Shown: positions 11,901 to 22,978 of the stretch, in pieces | Position numbering within the stretch: the stretch's first letter is position 1 | Layout of the letters: each line of letters opens with the position of its first letter | The notes under the pieces: model-generated | What the model was told of the DNA's origin: nothing | Database searches by the model: none | The model's input: only the letters and a program-made list of their open reading frames with translations | Assembly (NCBI GenBank): GCA_963796965.1 | Contig: CAWCNS010000002.1 | Coordinates: 96,001-160,000, forward strand | Direction of reading: 5' to 3' | DNA from: Calditrichia bacterium | GTDB taxonomy: Bacteria; Calditrichota; Calditrichia; JAJRVZ01 | Length of the DNA stretch: 64,000 nt | Program-made: the position numbers and the translations under genes

Positions 11901-13415
11901 AAAATTATCAGACAATATCTGGAAAACGAGGGTCCGGTCCTACAGTCAGATATTCAGTATATGATTCTCAATGCAGATAAAAGTATTCAGCCAATTCTCG
12001 AGAAATTATTGGCTGATCGCTGGCTGGTCAAAGGTCAGTTGATAAAAGACGATCCCCACACCTATTGGTGTCAGCGTGATAATTTTGCCGAATTATACCG
12101 CCGCGCTATTGGAAAACAACGTCGCCTGATGACAGCCGTTGATCGTTCCACGTACTACCGTTTTATTCTACGTTGGCACCATCTCATACAACAATCAAAA
12201 TCTGAATCAGATCTACTCGTTCAATATAGTGGTGTCCAGTTTCCACGTTATTATTTGGAGCGGGAATTGTTTCAGACCCGCATTCAAAAAAAGGGAAACA
12301 ACTCTTCTGATACTGAGATTCAATTCCAATCTCTGATAACCAAAGGTCAATTAGTCGTAATATCTCCTCTGCAAAAAGAGGGAAATGAATCGTTCTGTTT
12401 CTTTGAAAGGGGTCAGGGCGGAACCATTTTGCAATCAACAGGATTAGAAAAGGAAGAACCTGCATCTGATGAACAATCTGAAATCGTGCTCACCTTTCTA
12501 AAACAGAATGGTATTAGTCCCTATGGTGATATTGAAGAGGGCACCGGCTTTTCGGGGACTCTTTTAATCAAGATATTAAGAAATTTATTATTCGCTGGTC
12601 AAATAACAACCGACAACTATCCGGCCTTTATCGAATGCCTCTTGCCTGAAAAATCTGATAAATTGATCACATCCAAACGTCACCAAATAAAACGAAGGGT
12701 TCAGAATCAACTATTATTAAAGGAAGGTCGGTGGTTTTTAACCTCATCCTACGCTGTCATGGGCAGGAAAAAAACAAGACAGGAGATCATAGAAGAGCAG
12801 GCCCGCTTATTGCTCAGACGTCATGGCATTTTAGTCAAAGAATGGTACCGGCGGGAGCGAGGTTTTGTCCCCTGGTATGAAATCTTTCAGACGCTTAAAA
12901 GGTTGGAATGGCAGGGGGAAATTCTTCGCGGTTATTTTATTGATGGGCTATCCGGTATTCAATACGCCCTGCCCGAAGTCTATTGAACTACTCAAATCAC
13001 TACCAGGAAAGGGACTCACGCCCCAGTCGGTTCTGGTCAGCACCATCGATCCGGCTCTGCCCTTTGGCGGAAATGTGGGTTGGGACGTAAAAAATTCCAG
13101 AGATGAATCAAATTCAATAACACGCCTTATTGGAAACCATCTGCTTTTCGTTGCTGAACAACCAAAAATCTATTCTGAAAATTATGGACGTAAATTATGG
13201 ACCCTCCAAGGATTTGATGGTTCGGAGTTACCGATAATTGCGGAATCACTCAAAAGTTGGTTACGTCTCCCCCCGAACTTAGGCCTGTTCAAAAGATAGT
13301 TATCAGGGAAATTGATGGAATTCCTGCTTCTCAATGTGATTTATCTAAGGATTTTCTCAATTGTGGTTATGAAAGGGATGGAAAGAATATTGTTCTTTGG
13401 CCGTCAGGGGTTTAG
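8980..13415 (+). CDS. lhr: Lhr family DEAD/H-box helicase (long form); frameshifts near 9072, 12980 and 13285
   Basis: APTGSGKT in the frame upstream of ORF 9189; YISPLKALNND, TTPESL, DEIH, LSAT, HHGS, SLELGID, QRVGRSGH; C-terminal RGYFIDGLSGIQYALP. Confidence 0.9.
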
Positions 13416-13417
13416 AA

Positions 13418-13735
13418 TCCACGAATTACACTAATTTCTTCGAATTTCACGATTTTTATATAAGGAAAAAAGAATCTGACCGAGGTTATCTATGAGTTTT
13501 GTCATCCTGAAAGGATCTTTCTACTTTTAGCTATTGGAGTTATACAAAGGAAGATTCCTATCCCGAGACGCGATCCAGTCCGGGACGGAATGACAGGTGG
13601 GATGTAGAGATTCAATTCTGAATTTCTAAAATAATAGAAGATAGAGCATGAAAATAGGTCAAATTCGAAATGATTCATGCATCAATTTTTAATTCGGGAA
13701 AAAAATCGCCGCGGGTTAGCGTCGCTGCGCGAAAA
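13418..13735. repeat. Composite intergenic repeat region: ACGAATTACAC arm, nested TGTCATCC...GAATGACA element (13500-13595) and a GCGTCGCTGCGCG arm
   Basis: Each sub-element recurs elsewhere in the window (7612, 34841, 14997). Confidence 0.6.
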
Positions 13736-13750
13736 TAGATTGGGCTTATG

Positions 13751-13960
13751 TCAGGAAATTAAAAAACAGTTCCTCCCGGATTTGCATTCTTCAGGGTCCA
13801 CCGGACCCGTATCCGGACCGAGAGAGGTCATGGTTTTTTTACACCAGTAATGCCCCGTAGTCGATTCACCGCGGGCCCACTTTTTGGCCTCTCCAAATGC
13901 AGGGGCATGGCTTTCTTCCTGTTCAAAAAACTTACATGGTTTATGATTTAATGCTTCCAT
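13751..13960 (-). CDS. Small Cys/His-containing hypothetical protein, last gene of the pao-like operon
   Basis: 69 aa, starts 8 nt after the FAD-subunit stop, RBS GGGGA; C...HYWC..T...GPD...C..GR.C. Confidence 0.7.
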   Translation of the reverse strand: MEALNHKPCKFFEQEESHAPAFGEAKKWARGESTTGHYWCKKTMTSLGPDTGPVDPEECKSGRNCFLIS

Positions 13961-13968
13961 AGTTTCCC

Positions 13969-14961
13969 CTATTCTAACGGGTCAATACCCACTGCCCGGC
14001 AAATTGCACGATAGACGACTGTCTTGAATATTGTTACTTTATAACCGTTTAATGACAGTGGCTCAGCATCCACAAGTGCCTTTTCGGCCGCATTCTTAGC
14101 GGACTTTTTATCGACTTTTTTGTTTTTTAATTCTTCTTCTGCCTCTACCGCCCGCCACGGTATCGGTGCAGCTGAACCAAGTATAATCCGGGCATCTTTG
14201 CAAACCCCATTTTCCAGCTGTAGACTTACAGCAATATCGGCCAGAGGCCAGTCAAAGGTCTGTTTTTCTTTCTGCTTAATATAATAGCTGACATGGCTTT
14301 CCATCGCCGCCGGAATGATGATTGATGTGATGAGTTCACCTGTTCCAAGAATATTTTCTCGTTCAACATCCTCCCCGGGAGATATAAAAAATTCTCCGAT
14401 AGGAACCGTTTTCTCGTTATCATTGCTTTTAATTACAATCTGTGCATCCAAGGCGGATAAAGCAACCGCCGTACCGGATGGATGAACAATGGCACAGCCA
14501 TCTGAATTCCCCAAAATGGCATGATATTGATTCTCACCATCCAGGGCATAACAGGTGTCTCCGCCCTTTCTGGCACAGGGGAAGTCCTCGCTGCGAAAAT
14601 ACCAGCAGCGGGGACGCTGGCATATATTTCCGCCAATTGAAGCCATATTCCTCACCTGCGGGCTGGCTACTGAACCGGCAGCTTGCGCTAGCACCCTGAA
14701 TCCACCTCTCATTTCTTTGCTCTCTGCAATTTCAGTCAAGGTCAGGGCCGACCCAATATGCAGATCACCATTTTTTTCTTTCCGGATGAATTTTAGATCT
14801 GCCATATCGCGGATGTTAACCAATCTTTGGGGATTGATCAGGCCTTCTTTCATTTGATCCAGTAAATCTATCCCTCCGGCTTTCAATTTTGATTCTTTTA
14901 CATCCAAATATTCTAAGGCTTTGTCGATGCTTTCCGGAAGGGCATATTCAAAATTATTCAT
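13969..14961 (-). CDS. Xanthine dehydrogenase-family FAD subunit (PaoB/YagS-like) with [4Fe-4S] insert
   Basis: AGGIDL, ASPQVRNMASIGGN, CQRPRCWYFR...C.RKGG..C insert. Confidence 0.92.
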   Translation of the reverse strand: MNNFEYALPESIDKALEYLDVKESKLKAGGIDLLDQMKEGLINPQRLVNIRDMADLKFIRKEKNGDLHIGSALTLTEIAESKEMRGGFRVLAQAAGSVASPQVRNMASIGGNICQRPRCWYFRSEDFPCARKGGDTCYALDGENQYHAILGNSDGCAIVHPSGTAVALSALDAQIVIKSNDNEKTVPIGEFFISPGEDVERENILGTGELITSIIIPAAMESHVSYYIKQKEKQTFDWPLADIAVSLQLENGVCKDARIILGSAAPIPWRAVEAEEELKNKKVDKKSAKNAAEKALVDAEPLSLNGYKVTIFKTVVYRAICRAVGIDPLE

Positions 14962-14996
14962 ATGGGTTTCCTTTCACCCTTTGACACTCTTTTTTA

Positions 14997-15046
14997 TCTC
15001 TCGCAGCGACGCAACGACCGCAACGGCTCTGCGTCGCTGCGAGAGA
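14997..15046. repeat. GC-rich inverted repeat (CGCAGCGACGCA type) inside the operon
   Basis: tctctcgcagcgacgca...tgcgtcgctgcgagaga perfect arms. Confidence 0.75.
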
Positions 15047-15068
15047 AATATGTCTCTGGCTTGCGTAA

Positions 15069-17324
15069 TTACGCTTTCCCTAATGCTTTCAGCACCCGGG
15101 CTGGTGTCATCGGTAATTCTTTTATCCGAACACCTATAGCATGATAGACGGCATTGGCAATCGCCGCGGCTGTCGGTATCGTAGCCGGTTCGCCAATACC
15201 AATTGCACCCGTACTGCTTTGGGCCAAATTAAAATCGATGATGTGCGAATCGATTTCAGGTATGTCCATGGCACCCGCAATTTTATAAAACTCAAGATTA
15301 GGATTTACCATCAAACCCTGGTTCCGATCCATAAGTCGGTTTTCAAAGAGGGCGTAACTGATACCCTGGATGATGCCACCGTTTATCTGATTTTTTGTTG
15401 TTAAAAGATCCATTACCCGGCCACAATCGTGAACGGCAAATACCCGTTTTACGGATATCTGTCCCGTGCCCGTATCCACCTCCACTTCGGCAAATTGAAC
15501 ACCGCTTATTTTATATCGTTCCGGTTCATAATAATCAGGAAAACGTTCACCGCTGACAGTTAATTGTCCCTGCGGAATTTCATCACAGACTTCCTTCCAG
15601 GTTAATTTTATTTCACCCCCGGGGGAAAGGATCACATGGCCATCTTTTAAGTCCAAAGTATTCTCTTTCATCTCCAGCTTTTTTGCAGCAACTTCAAGGA
15701 TTCTCTGTTTGGCATGATGAGCAGCTATGCGTACCGCAGGCGTTACCCCCGAGGTGGTTTGGCTGCCCCCCGATGAAGGAGCCAAGCCAAAATCTGTATT
15801 TCCAATTGTAACCGTAATATCTTTGGGTGTAAGACCCAATTCCTCCGCAACCACCATGGCTATCGGCGTAACGATACCACCCCCGATATCCTGGACACCG
15901 CTTTTTAACTGTACAGAGCCATCATCGTTGACAGATAGAGTAACATGTGTACCGCGGTTATAGATATAGTACCAGAGAGAGTTGGCCACCCCCATCCCAC
16001 GTTTGACCACCCCTTTATCCGCCCCTGCTTGTTGAGCCCTTTTAGTCCAGCCAAATTTTTCAGCGCCAACCGGATATTCTGCCTGACGCACTTTATCCGA
16101 CAAGGTATTCATTATCCTGATTTCAAGGGGATCCATATTCAACTGGTAGGCCAATTCATCGATGGTCTGTTCAAGAGCAAACGCCCCCTGCGGCATACCC
16201 GGTGCCCGGAAGGGTGCTGATGGCCCTGTATTGGTGTACACATTGGATTCCATTGTGAAAATAGTTTTAGCATCATACGTATTTTTTACCGGTCCACTGG
16301 TACCAGCTCCCCCGCTGACTCCGGGTGAGCCAAAAGATTTCAATTTAATCGCATTAATTTTTCCGGTTTTATCAGATCCAATAGAAACCGTTTGCAGTGA
16401 ATCCGGTCTGTTACCGGTAGCCAGGTGTTCTTCTTTTCGGTTAAGCATTAATCTAACCGGTGCCCCTGACTCCCGTGATAATTTGACAGCAAGCATTGTA
16501 TAAATATCTGCTTTTAACTTGGAACCAAAACCTCCACCCATAAATTTGGTAATAACCCGAACTTTTGATTTGGGTAATTCAAAATATTCAGCCACCTGAT
16601 CGCGCACACGATTTGTACCCTGTGTTGATGCCCAAACAGTCACACGTTCGTCTTTCCATTGAGCCACCACACCATGTGTCTCCATGGGGCTGTGGGTTTG
16701 TACCTGTGTTTTATAGGTTCCTTCCACAACAATGTCCGACGCTTTCAAGGCCCGGTCAACCTCTTCAGGTCCTTTATCTTTTGGTGAAACACGGGGTTTT
16801 CTGATGTTTTTTGAACCGTTTGCATCAGAAACTTCCAGGTCATCAAAGACGGCCGGGGCATCCTTTTGCATGGCATCTTCGAGGGTGACGACAAAGGGAC
16901 GTTTTTCAAATGATATTTGTATCCGCTTTGCGCCTTCTTCCGCTATTTCCTTTGTATCAGCCGCAATGGCAACAATTTCCTGACCGGCAAACCTTACAGA
17001 AAAAGGCAGTTCTTCATGAACAGATACAACGGCCCGTATGCCAGGTAATTTTTTTACCTCATTAAGATCAATTTGAGTTATGAGGGCAGCTGCCTGAGGA
17101 GAACGAATAATTTTACCATAAAGCATACCCGGCAAATTTACATCAAAGGTATATTTTGCTTTTCCGGTGGTTTTATACTTGCCATCAATTCGGGTTATCT
17201 TTTTTCCGATAAATTTTAAATCGGATTTTCCGTCCCAGGGCTTTGGATCGCCATCAGGTATTTCAACAGTTTTTTCCCTAAGATTTTTTTCAATACCTAT
17301 AAATACTTTTTCTTTTTTTGACAT
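15069..17324 (-). CDS. Xanthine dehydrogenase-family molybdopterin subunit (PaoC/YagR-like)
   Basis: HSPMETH, GGGFGSK, PFRAPG, QINGGIIQG, GIGEP (catalytic Glu). Confidence 0.93.
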   Translation of the reverse strand: MSKKEKVFIGIEKNLREKTVEIPDGDPKPWDGKSDLKFIGKKITRIDGKYKTTGKAKYTFDVNLPGMLYGKIIRSPQAAALITQIDLNEVKKLPGIRAVVSVHEELPFSVRFAGQEIVAIAADTKEIAEEGAKRIQISFEKRPFVVTLEDAMQKDAPAVFDDLEVSDANGSKNIRKPRVSPKDKGPEEVDRALKASDIVVEGTYKTQVQTHSPMETHGVVAQWKDERVTVWASTQGTNRVRDQVAEYFELPKSKVRVITKFMGGGFGSKLKADIYTMLAVKLSRESGAPVRLMLNRKEEHLATGNRPDSLQTVSIGSDKTGKINAIKLKSFGSPGVSGGAGTSGPVKNTYDAKTIFTMESNVYTNTGPSAPFRAPGMPQGAFALEQTIDELAYQLNMDPLEIRIMNTLSDKVRQAEYPVGAEKFGWTKRAQQAGADKGVVKRGMGVANSLWYYIYNRGTHVTLSVNDDGSVQLKSGVQDIGGGIVTPIAMVVAEELGLTPKDITVTIGNTDFGLAPSSGGSQTTSGVTPAVRIAAHHAKQRILEVAAKKLEMKENTLDLKDGHVILSPGGEIKLTWKEVCDEIPQGQLTVSGERFPDYYEPERYKISGVQFAEVEVDTGTGQISVKRVFAVHDCGRVMDLLTTKNQINGGIIQGISYALFENRLMDRNQGLMVNPNLEFYKIAGAMDIPEIDSHIIDFNLAQSSTGAIGIGEPATIPTAAAIANAVYHAIGVRIKELPMTPARVLKALGKA

Positions 17325-17342
17325 GCCTATCACCCCGAATAG

Positions 17343-17982
17343 TTATTTCATTTTTTTCGCAGCAGATTCTACCGCCTTAAAAACATGTGGATAGGTACCA
17401 CAGCGGCAAAGATTTCCACTCACGGCAGTTCGCACCTCTTCAGGAGATGGGCGGCTGGTTTTATCAAGCAGCCCTTTGGAAGCTCATAATGATGCCTGAA
17501 GTGCAAAATCCGCATTGCATGGCATCTTCTTCAATAAATGCTTCCTGCAATGGATGTAAATGATTAATATCTTTCACCAGCCCTTCAATTGTTTCAATTT
17601 TACGGCCAGCAGCATCTAAGGCCAGGGTCATACAGGAATTTACAATCTTACCATCCATAATCACTGTACAAGCACCACAGGCACCGCGGTCGCACCCGAT
17701 TTTTGTTCCGGTCAGATCTAATTTATCTCGTATTACATCAACCAATGTTGTCCTGGGTTCAATCTCTGTATTGACTTGTTGACCGTTAACCATTAAAGAA
17801 AGTATTATTTTTCCCGGCCCCACTATTTTATCTTTTTCCAGGAGCCCTGCTTTTTGTAATTTCCCGACAACCCCTTCACCCTTTGCTGCGGCAACGCCGA
17901 CGGAACTAACACCGACGCTTTTAAGAAATGTTCGCCGGGAAAGTTTCGGATTATCATGTGACTTTTTTGAGGGATTTCCCAT
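17343..17982 (-). CDS. [2Fe-2S] subunit with Tat signal (PaoA/YagT-like); frameshift near 17480
   Basis: SRRTFLK twin-arginine motif; [27 protein letters not shown] continues in the shifted frame to TAA at 17343. Confidence 0.9.
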
Positions 17983-18042
17983 TTGGATGTCTCCTAAATA
18001 TCTTTAAAATTGTAGTGGTGAAATAAATGAGGGAATATCAGG

Positions 18043-18096
18043 AATTCGTAATTCGTAATTCGTAATTCGTAAATTCGTAATTCGTAATTCGTAATT
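18043..18096. repeat. Heptamer tandem repeat (AATTCGT)x7
   Basis: Read directly; one extra A at 18071. Confidence 0.9.
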
Positions 18097-18147
18097 AAAA
18101 AGTATACTTGAAGGAAAGATATATGTCAAGAAAAAAATAAATATTTC

Positions 18148-18714
18148 TTAACTGGCATCGCGGATTTTCTCAATAGCTGTTTTAAATTCCTCATAGGACT
18201 TCTTCCCGAGAAGGAAGGTTTTTTGTATCCCATTTTGGTCATATATAAAGGTAGCGGGTACAGCCCCCCGCCACTCTTCATTAAACATATTCAATTAAAT
18301 TTTCAGGCTGCTTAAAATTTTGTACATAATTTGGAAATTTAGCCTTTTGTGAATTGCAGAAAAGGAATGATCTTGCTCTTCAATTTCATCAGGATAATCA
18401 ACACTGACACCGATAATGACAACGTCAGAATTTTGGTATTCTTCGGCCAACTTCACCAGATCCGGGAACTCTTCTTTACAGGGCAAACACCAGGTGGCCC
18501 AGATATTGACAAAAAGGACCTTCCCCTTATTCAGACTCTTTATCTCCTGCCATTTGGCAGTATCAAGGAGATCAACCCTTACTTCTGTTTTTGGGATTGA
18601 CTGATTTTTGTTCGAGTGAATATCCTGCAATGAATTGCTCTGATCGCTGTTTTGAGAACAACCCAGGAACGTAAATGAAAAAGCTACTAAAACTATCCAT
18701 AGAAGTGACTGCAT
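18148..18714 (-). CDS. TlpA/ResA-like thiol-disulfide oxidoreductase lipoprotein; frameshifted in the 3' part
   Basis: Lipobox FLGC, NIWATWCLPCKEEFP; GAVPATFIYD continues in another frame to TAA at 18148. Confidence 0.82.
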
Positions 18715-19289
18715 TATTCCACTCTTTTAATCGAACAACCAAAGGCTTTAGTGTCTGGCGTATTGACAGATTTTCCAGCAAGAATTTCATCTAAGGCATT
18801 ACGTAAATCCTTTGATTCAACCTCATCCTCACGACGCGAATTGTCTATTCGCCCATGATAAAATAAATCTAATTTTGCGTTTACGACATAAATTTCAGGC
18901 GTAACCTGGGCATCATAGGCATCAGCAACTTTATTACCCGGATCTTTTAAAACTGCAAATTTGAAATTATTCTCCTCTGCATGATCCTTCAATTCATCTG
19001 CATCTTCCTGTGTATTGGAGTTGATTGCAAAAAAGGAAACACCTTTTGCCGTGTAATCTTTAAATAATAGATTCATTCTTTCATTGTAAGCATTAGAAAC
19101 AGGACAACGCGCGGAAATAAACATGATCACAATGGCTTTGCTCGTATTTAACTCAGACAATGTATGTGATTTTCCATCAAAATCAGTTAAGGTAAAATCA
19201 CTGACTTTTTCTAATTCACCCCCGTAAACGATTGAAAATGACAAAATCATCACGACAGTTAATATATGTTTAAAAGCTTTCTCCGTCAT
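18714..19289 (-). CDS. Exported redoxin (AhpC/TSA-like thioredoxin fold)
   Basis: DFTLTDFDGK, RCPVS, AQVTPE, YHGRIDN, C-terminal GCSIKR. Confidence 0.85.
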   Translation of the reverse strand: MTEKAFKHILTVVMILSFSIVYGGELEKVSDFTLTDFDGKSHTLSELNTSKAIVIMFISARCPVSNAYNERMNLLFKDYTAKGVSFFAINSNTQEDADELKDHAEENNFKFAVLKDPGNKVADAYDAQVTPEIYVVNAKLDLFYHGRIDNSRREDEVESKDLRNALDEILAGKSVNTPDTKAFGCSIKRVE

Positions 19290-19574
19290 AGGAAACGCCC
19301 TCCTTTAGTGATTGATAAGATTTGACAACTTTTTTGCGATGTACCAGGCATCGGTCATTCTATTTCTAAAACTAATTTAACCAAAAGATGATTCCCACAG
19401 GTATAAATATCTTAATATTTGTAGATCAGCATACATTTGGCTACTTAAATGAGATTAAAGAGCAACATTCTCTTCGGATTGTCGATGAGTTTCGCAATCA
19501 GATTGGTGGTTTTATAATTAATAGAGATTAGGGTAAGCCGGAAAGGGATGCCACTATTCTTTGGTGTCATCGTC

Positions 19575-20894
19575 TCATTTAATCGCATCATAAAATGATA
19601 GCGCTCGTTCCCTGGCGTATTTGTGCTCAATGATTGGTTTTGGGTATTGATCGGTTCCTATCTCAGGAATCCATTTTTTAATATATTCTTGTTCAGGATC
19701 AAATTTTTTTGCCTGTTCACTTGGATTAAAGATGCGGAAATATGGGGCAGCATCACAACCGCTACCAGCAGCCCATTGCCAGTTACCATTGTTCGAAGAC
19801 AATTCAAAATCCAGCAATTTGCTTGCAAAATATTTTTCGCCCCAACGCCAGTCAATGAGCAGATGTTTGGTAAGAAAACTGGCGGCAACCATTCTTACAC
19901 GGTTGTGCATAAATCCTGTTGTATTTAATTCACGCATTCCTGCGTCAACCATAGGAAATCCTGTATTGCCTTCGCACCATATTTTAAATTGACTTTCATC
20001 ATTTAAATACACAAAATGACGATATTTTTCTCTAAAAGGCTGCTCAACCACGTAGGGAAAATTATAGAGAATCATCATAAAAAACTCACGCCAGATCAAT
20101 TCCTGAAGCCAAACCTCATTTAATGACAAAGCCAGTTGGACCATTTTTCTGATACTAACGGTTCCAAAACGAAGATGAATACCAAGTCGTGAGGTGCCTT
20201 TAATTGCCGGAAAATTACGGGTATCATCATATTTCCGAATAATTTCCTCATCTGGTAATTTCTGTGGAACTATCTGATCGGATAATTTAAACCCGAGCTC
20301 TTCAATTTTTGGGAACTGGAATTTTTGTTGAAGAAATTTATATTCTTGTGATTCAGAAGAAAATGATTTTAGGTACTCTGTTGATAGTTGGTTCTGCCAT
20401 TTTTTCATGTAGGGTGTATAGACCGTATATGGCCTGCCAGTTCCAGTAAGAATTTCATCCTTTTCGAAAATAACCTGATCTTTGAAAGTATAAAGTGAGA
20501 TTTCATTATTCTTAAGTAGGTTGTTAACCATATTATCCCGGTTAATAGCATAGGGCTCATAATCTTGATTTGCAAATACAGAGGTGATTTGAATTTCAGA
20601 TATAAGTTTTCGCCATATCTCTTTCGGCCTTCCTCGCAATACGAGTAGGCTGCTTCCCTTTTTATTCAATTCTTGGTTTATCTCATCCAGGGAATTGTAA
20701 ATAAAGGTCACACGGGGATCACGTTTTTTCTCAAGCTGATCCAGAATATTGATATCGAAAATAAAAAGACAAAGAACAGGGAGGCCTCGTTCTAAGGCCT
20801 CGTTCAAACCCCGGTTATCCTCGAGACGCAAATCCCGCCGAAACCAGAATATGTTTAGAGATGTATTAATTGATATATTCAGGGCTAAATTCAT
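19575..20894 (-). CDS. phrB: Class I CPD DNA photolyase
   Basis: WFRRDLRLEDN, TSRLG.HLRFG, WREF, GFMHNRVRM, NNGNWQW, PYFRIFNP. Confidence 0.93.
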   Translation of the reverse strand: MNLALNISINTSLNIFWFRRDLRLEDNRGLNEALERGLPVLCLFIFDINILDQLEKKRDPRVTFIYNSLDEINQELNKKGSSLLVLRGRPKEIWRKLISEIQITSVFANQDYEPYAINRDNMVNNLLKNNEISLYTFKDQVIFEKDEILTGTGRPYTVYTPYMKKWQNQLSTEYLKSFSSESQEYKFLQQKFQFPKIEELGFKLSDQIVPQKLPDEEIIRKYDDTRNFPAIKGTSRLGIHLRFGTVSIRKMVQLALSLNEVWLQELIWREFFMMILYNFPYVVEQPFREKYRHFVYLNDESQFKIWCEGNTGFPMVDAGMRELNTTGFMHNRVRMVAASFLTKHLLIDWRWGEKYFASKLLDFELSSNNGNWQWAAGSGCDAAPYFRIFNPSEQAKKFDPEQEYIKKWIPEIGTDQYPKPIIEHKYARERALSFYDAIK

Positions 20895-20979
20895 AGTTAA
20901 TGCTCCAAATAAAAGGTAAAAGCACACTTAGTCGTAATTGGTAATTTGAAATTCGAATTTTGTAATTACCTTTTTCTGT

Positions 20980-22440
20980 CTATCTTTGCGACTTTGTGTC
21001 TTTGCGAGAAGTATTAGATTTAATTATACCGAAAATATAACCAAGCGACGCACTCACGATCCCCCATAGAATATAAGCCAGGTCCGTAGCATTCAACCAA
21101 TTAGGCTGGAGAGACACTAAAAAGCCATTGACCTGAAGAAAATAGGCAGAAATAATTCCCACAAAACCAAGGAACGAAGACCAAAACACGCCGTTTTTAT
21201 TCACCTGAGGTATCATCACAGCCGCAACAGGAAAGGCTACAGCTGTTGTTAAAACCCCTCCTGAGAGATAAAATATGTCCCAAAGTGATTCTGTATTCAG
21301 GGCGAAAATACCGGCCGCTAAAACGGCCAGAACAGTGATTGTCTGGGAAATTTTTTTACCATTATTTTTAAGATGCAAGCCAAACATGTCATAGGCAATA
21401 CTTAATGCCATCACATTAACACAGGTATCTACAGTACTCATCGCGGCTGCCACTAATCCAACGGCCACTAGCAATGCCAGCCAGTTTGGGGCATAAGTTT
21501 GGACGAGAGCGGCAAAAATAGTATCCCCCTCACTTCCAATACTCGAAGGGAGGACACCATCAATTGGCGGAAACAAAACCAGGGCAGCGATTCCAATAAT
21601 TAATGGAAGGATTCCCACAAATATCATGGCATTTCCCCCGGCAATTATCATCCCCCGACGTGCTCTTACGGAACTTGAGGCGGCCTGGACCCGTACCCAA
21701 AGATCGGTTTCAAATAACCAACCTGGCAGGTAGGCAATTAGACCGATAAGAACTGTCAAAAAACCTGGTCCAACTAGGTCCGTCCATGGCTTGTTAGATT
21801 TTAGTGTTAGAACCTCAGGACCCGGTATAAGTTGGCTTTTAGTTTGCCATAATCCTTTAAATGAAAGCCAGCCCATCATCAATATATATAATGCAACAAT
21901 CACATATTGCAGTTTATCGGTTGCAATGACTGCACGAAAACCACCCAGAGTACCGTATATAGCTACAATAACACAGATACCGACTATTGTCCAGGAGAGA
22001 GAAATATCTAACTCCGGTGCTAATAATTTTGCCGCTACATAAATCTCTGCACCAGCCCAGACTAAAAAGACAAAAGCCAGTGCAGCAGCAACCATTCGCT
22101 TCGATTTTTTACCAAATCGTGATGCGACCATTTCAGGCTGACTAAAAGCCGGTAAAGCATGATATTTAGTGGATAGAAAATAGATTCCGGCAAGTGCTAT
22201 GAGCCAGGGAACGGTAATCAGCCAGATAGCCCCAAGTCCATACCAGTAAAAAAGCTGGACAGCATACACACAAGACCAGGATACAGACATGAAACCAGCC
22301 GAAATGGAAAGTCCTACGGAGGTGGCCCCCAAACTCCGGTCAGCTGTCCAGAATCCGGCACCATCTTGTGTATGCCTGCCTGCCCGCCATCCAAGATAGA
22401 TAGCGGCCAAAGAATATAATACGACTGCAAACCAGATCAT
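20980..22440 (-). CDS. Sodium:solute symporter family protein
   Basis: Many TM segments; YGTLGGFRAVIATDKLQ, AAAMSTVD. Confidence 0.88.
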   Translation of the reverse strand: MIWFAVVLYSLAAIYLGWRAGRHTQDGAGFWTADRSLGATSVGLSISAGFMSVSWSCVYAVQLFYWYGLGAIWLITVPWLIALAGIYFLSTKYHALPAFSQPEMVASRFGKKSKRMVAAALAFVFLVWAGAEIYVAAKLLAPELDISLSWTIVGICVIVAIYGTLGGFRAVIATDKLQYVIVALYILMMGWLSFKGLWQTKSQLIPGPEVLTLKSNKPWTDLVGPGFLTVLIGLIAYLPGWLFETDLWVRVQAASSSVRARRGMIIAGGNAMIFVGILPLIIGIAALVLFPPIDGVLPSSIGSEGDTIFAALVQTYAPNWLALLVAVGLVAAAMSTVDTCVNVMALSIAYDMFGLHLKNNGKKISQTITVLAVLAAGIFALNTESLWDIFYLSGGVLTTAVAFPVAAVMIPQVNKNGVFWSSFLGFVGIISAYFLQVNGFLVSLQPNWLNATDLAYILWGIVSASLGYIFGIIKSNTSRKDTKSQR

Positions 22441-22978
22441 AATTAAGATTCCAAATCAATCATACTGACTAATGAATCATTTAATGTCCATATATAGGAT
22501 TCACATATTTCATAAAATAAAAAGGCGAGAGGATATTTATTTAAACCTCTCCCTCGTCTAATTCAGGATAAAAATTATCATCAATTCTCATGCAATACAA
22601 CAAAATGTAACCCTGTTTGAAAATAGCCACTTTGGATCAGACGGCTTTTATTTATATCCTTTTTAGGATGGCACTATAGAACTAATTGGGATAATCCTGG
22701 ATGGACTGTTAGGGCAGATGCATTTCATATTGGTATGACACAAGTATTATACCAAGAAAATTATCAAACAGAGAGGGTGTAAAGATACCCAGACCTATAA
22801 GAAGTTTTATGGATATTAACATCAACCACGAACTGAGCGGAACTCACGAAGTATATTTTTATCTTCGCGCTCTTCGTGGTAATAATATTATCATCCTTCT
22901 AATCTGAATGGCAACAGCCCGTCATTCAAAAATAGAGTGAACGCAATGATTTTTGCTTAAATTTTTATAAATTTCCAA

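Noticed and set aside
22441..22978. Riboswitch upstream of the sodium:solute symporter
   Set aside because: A terminator-like hairpin exists near 22520-22560, but I could not recognise any TPP, SAM, B12 or other aptamer consensus; an Rfam scan is needed.
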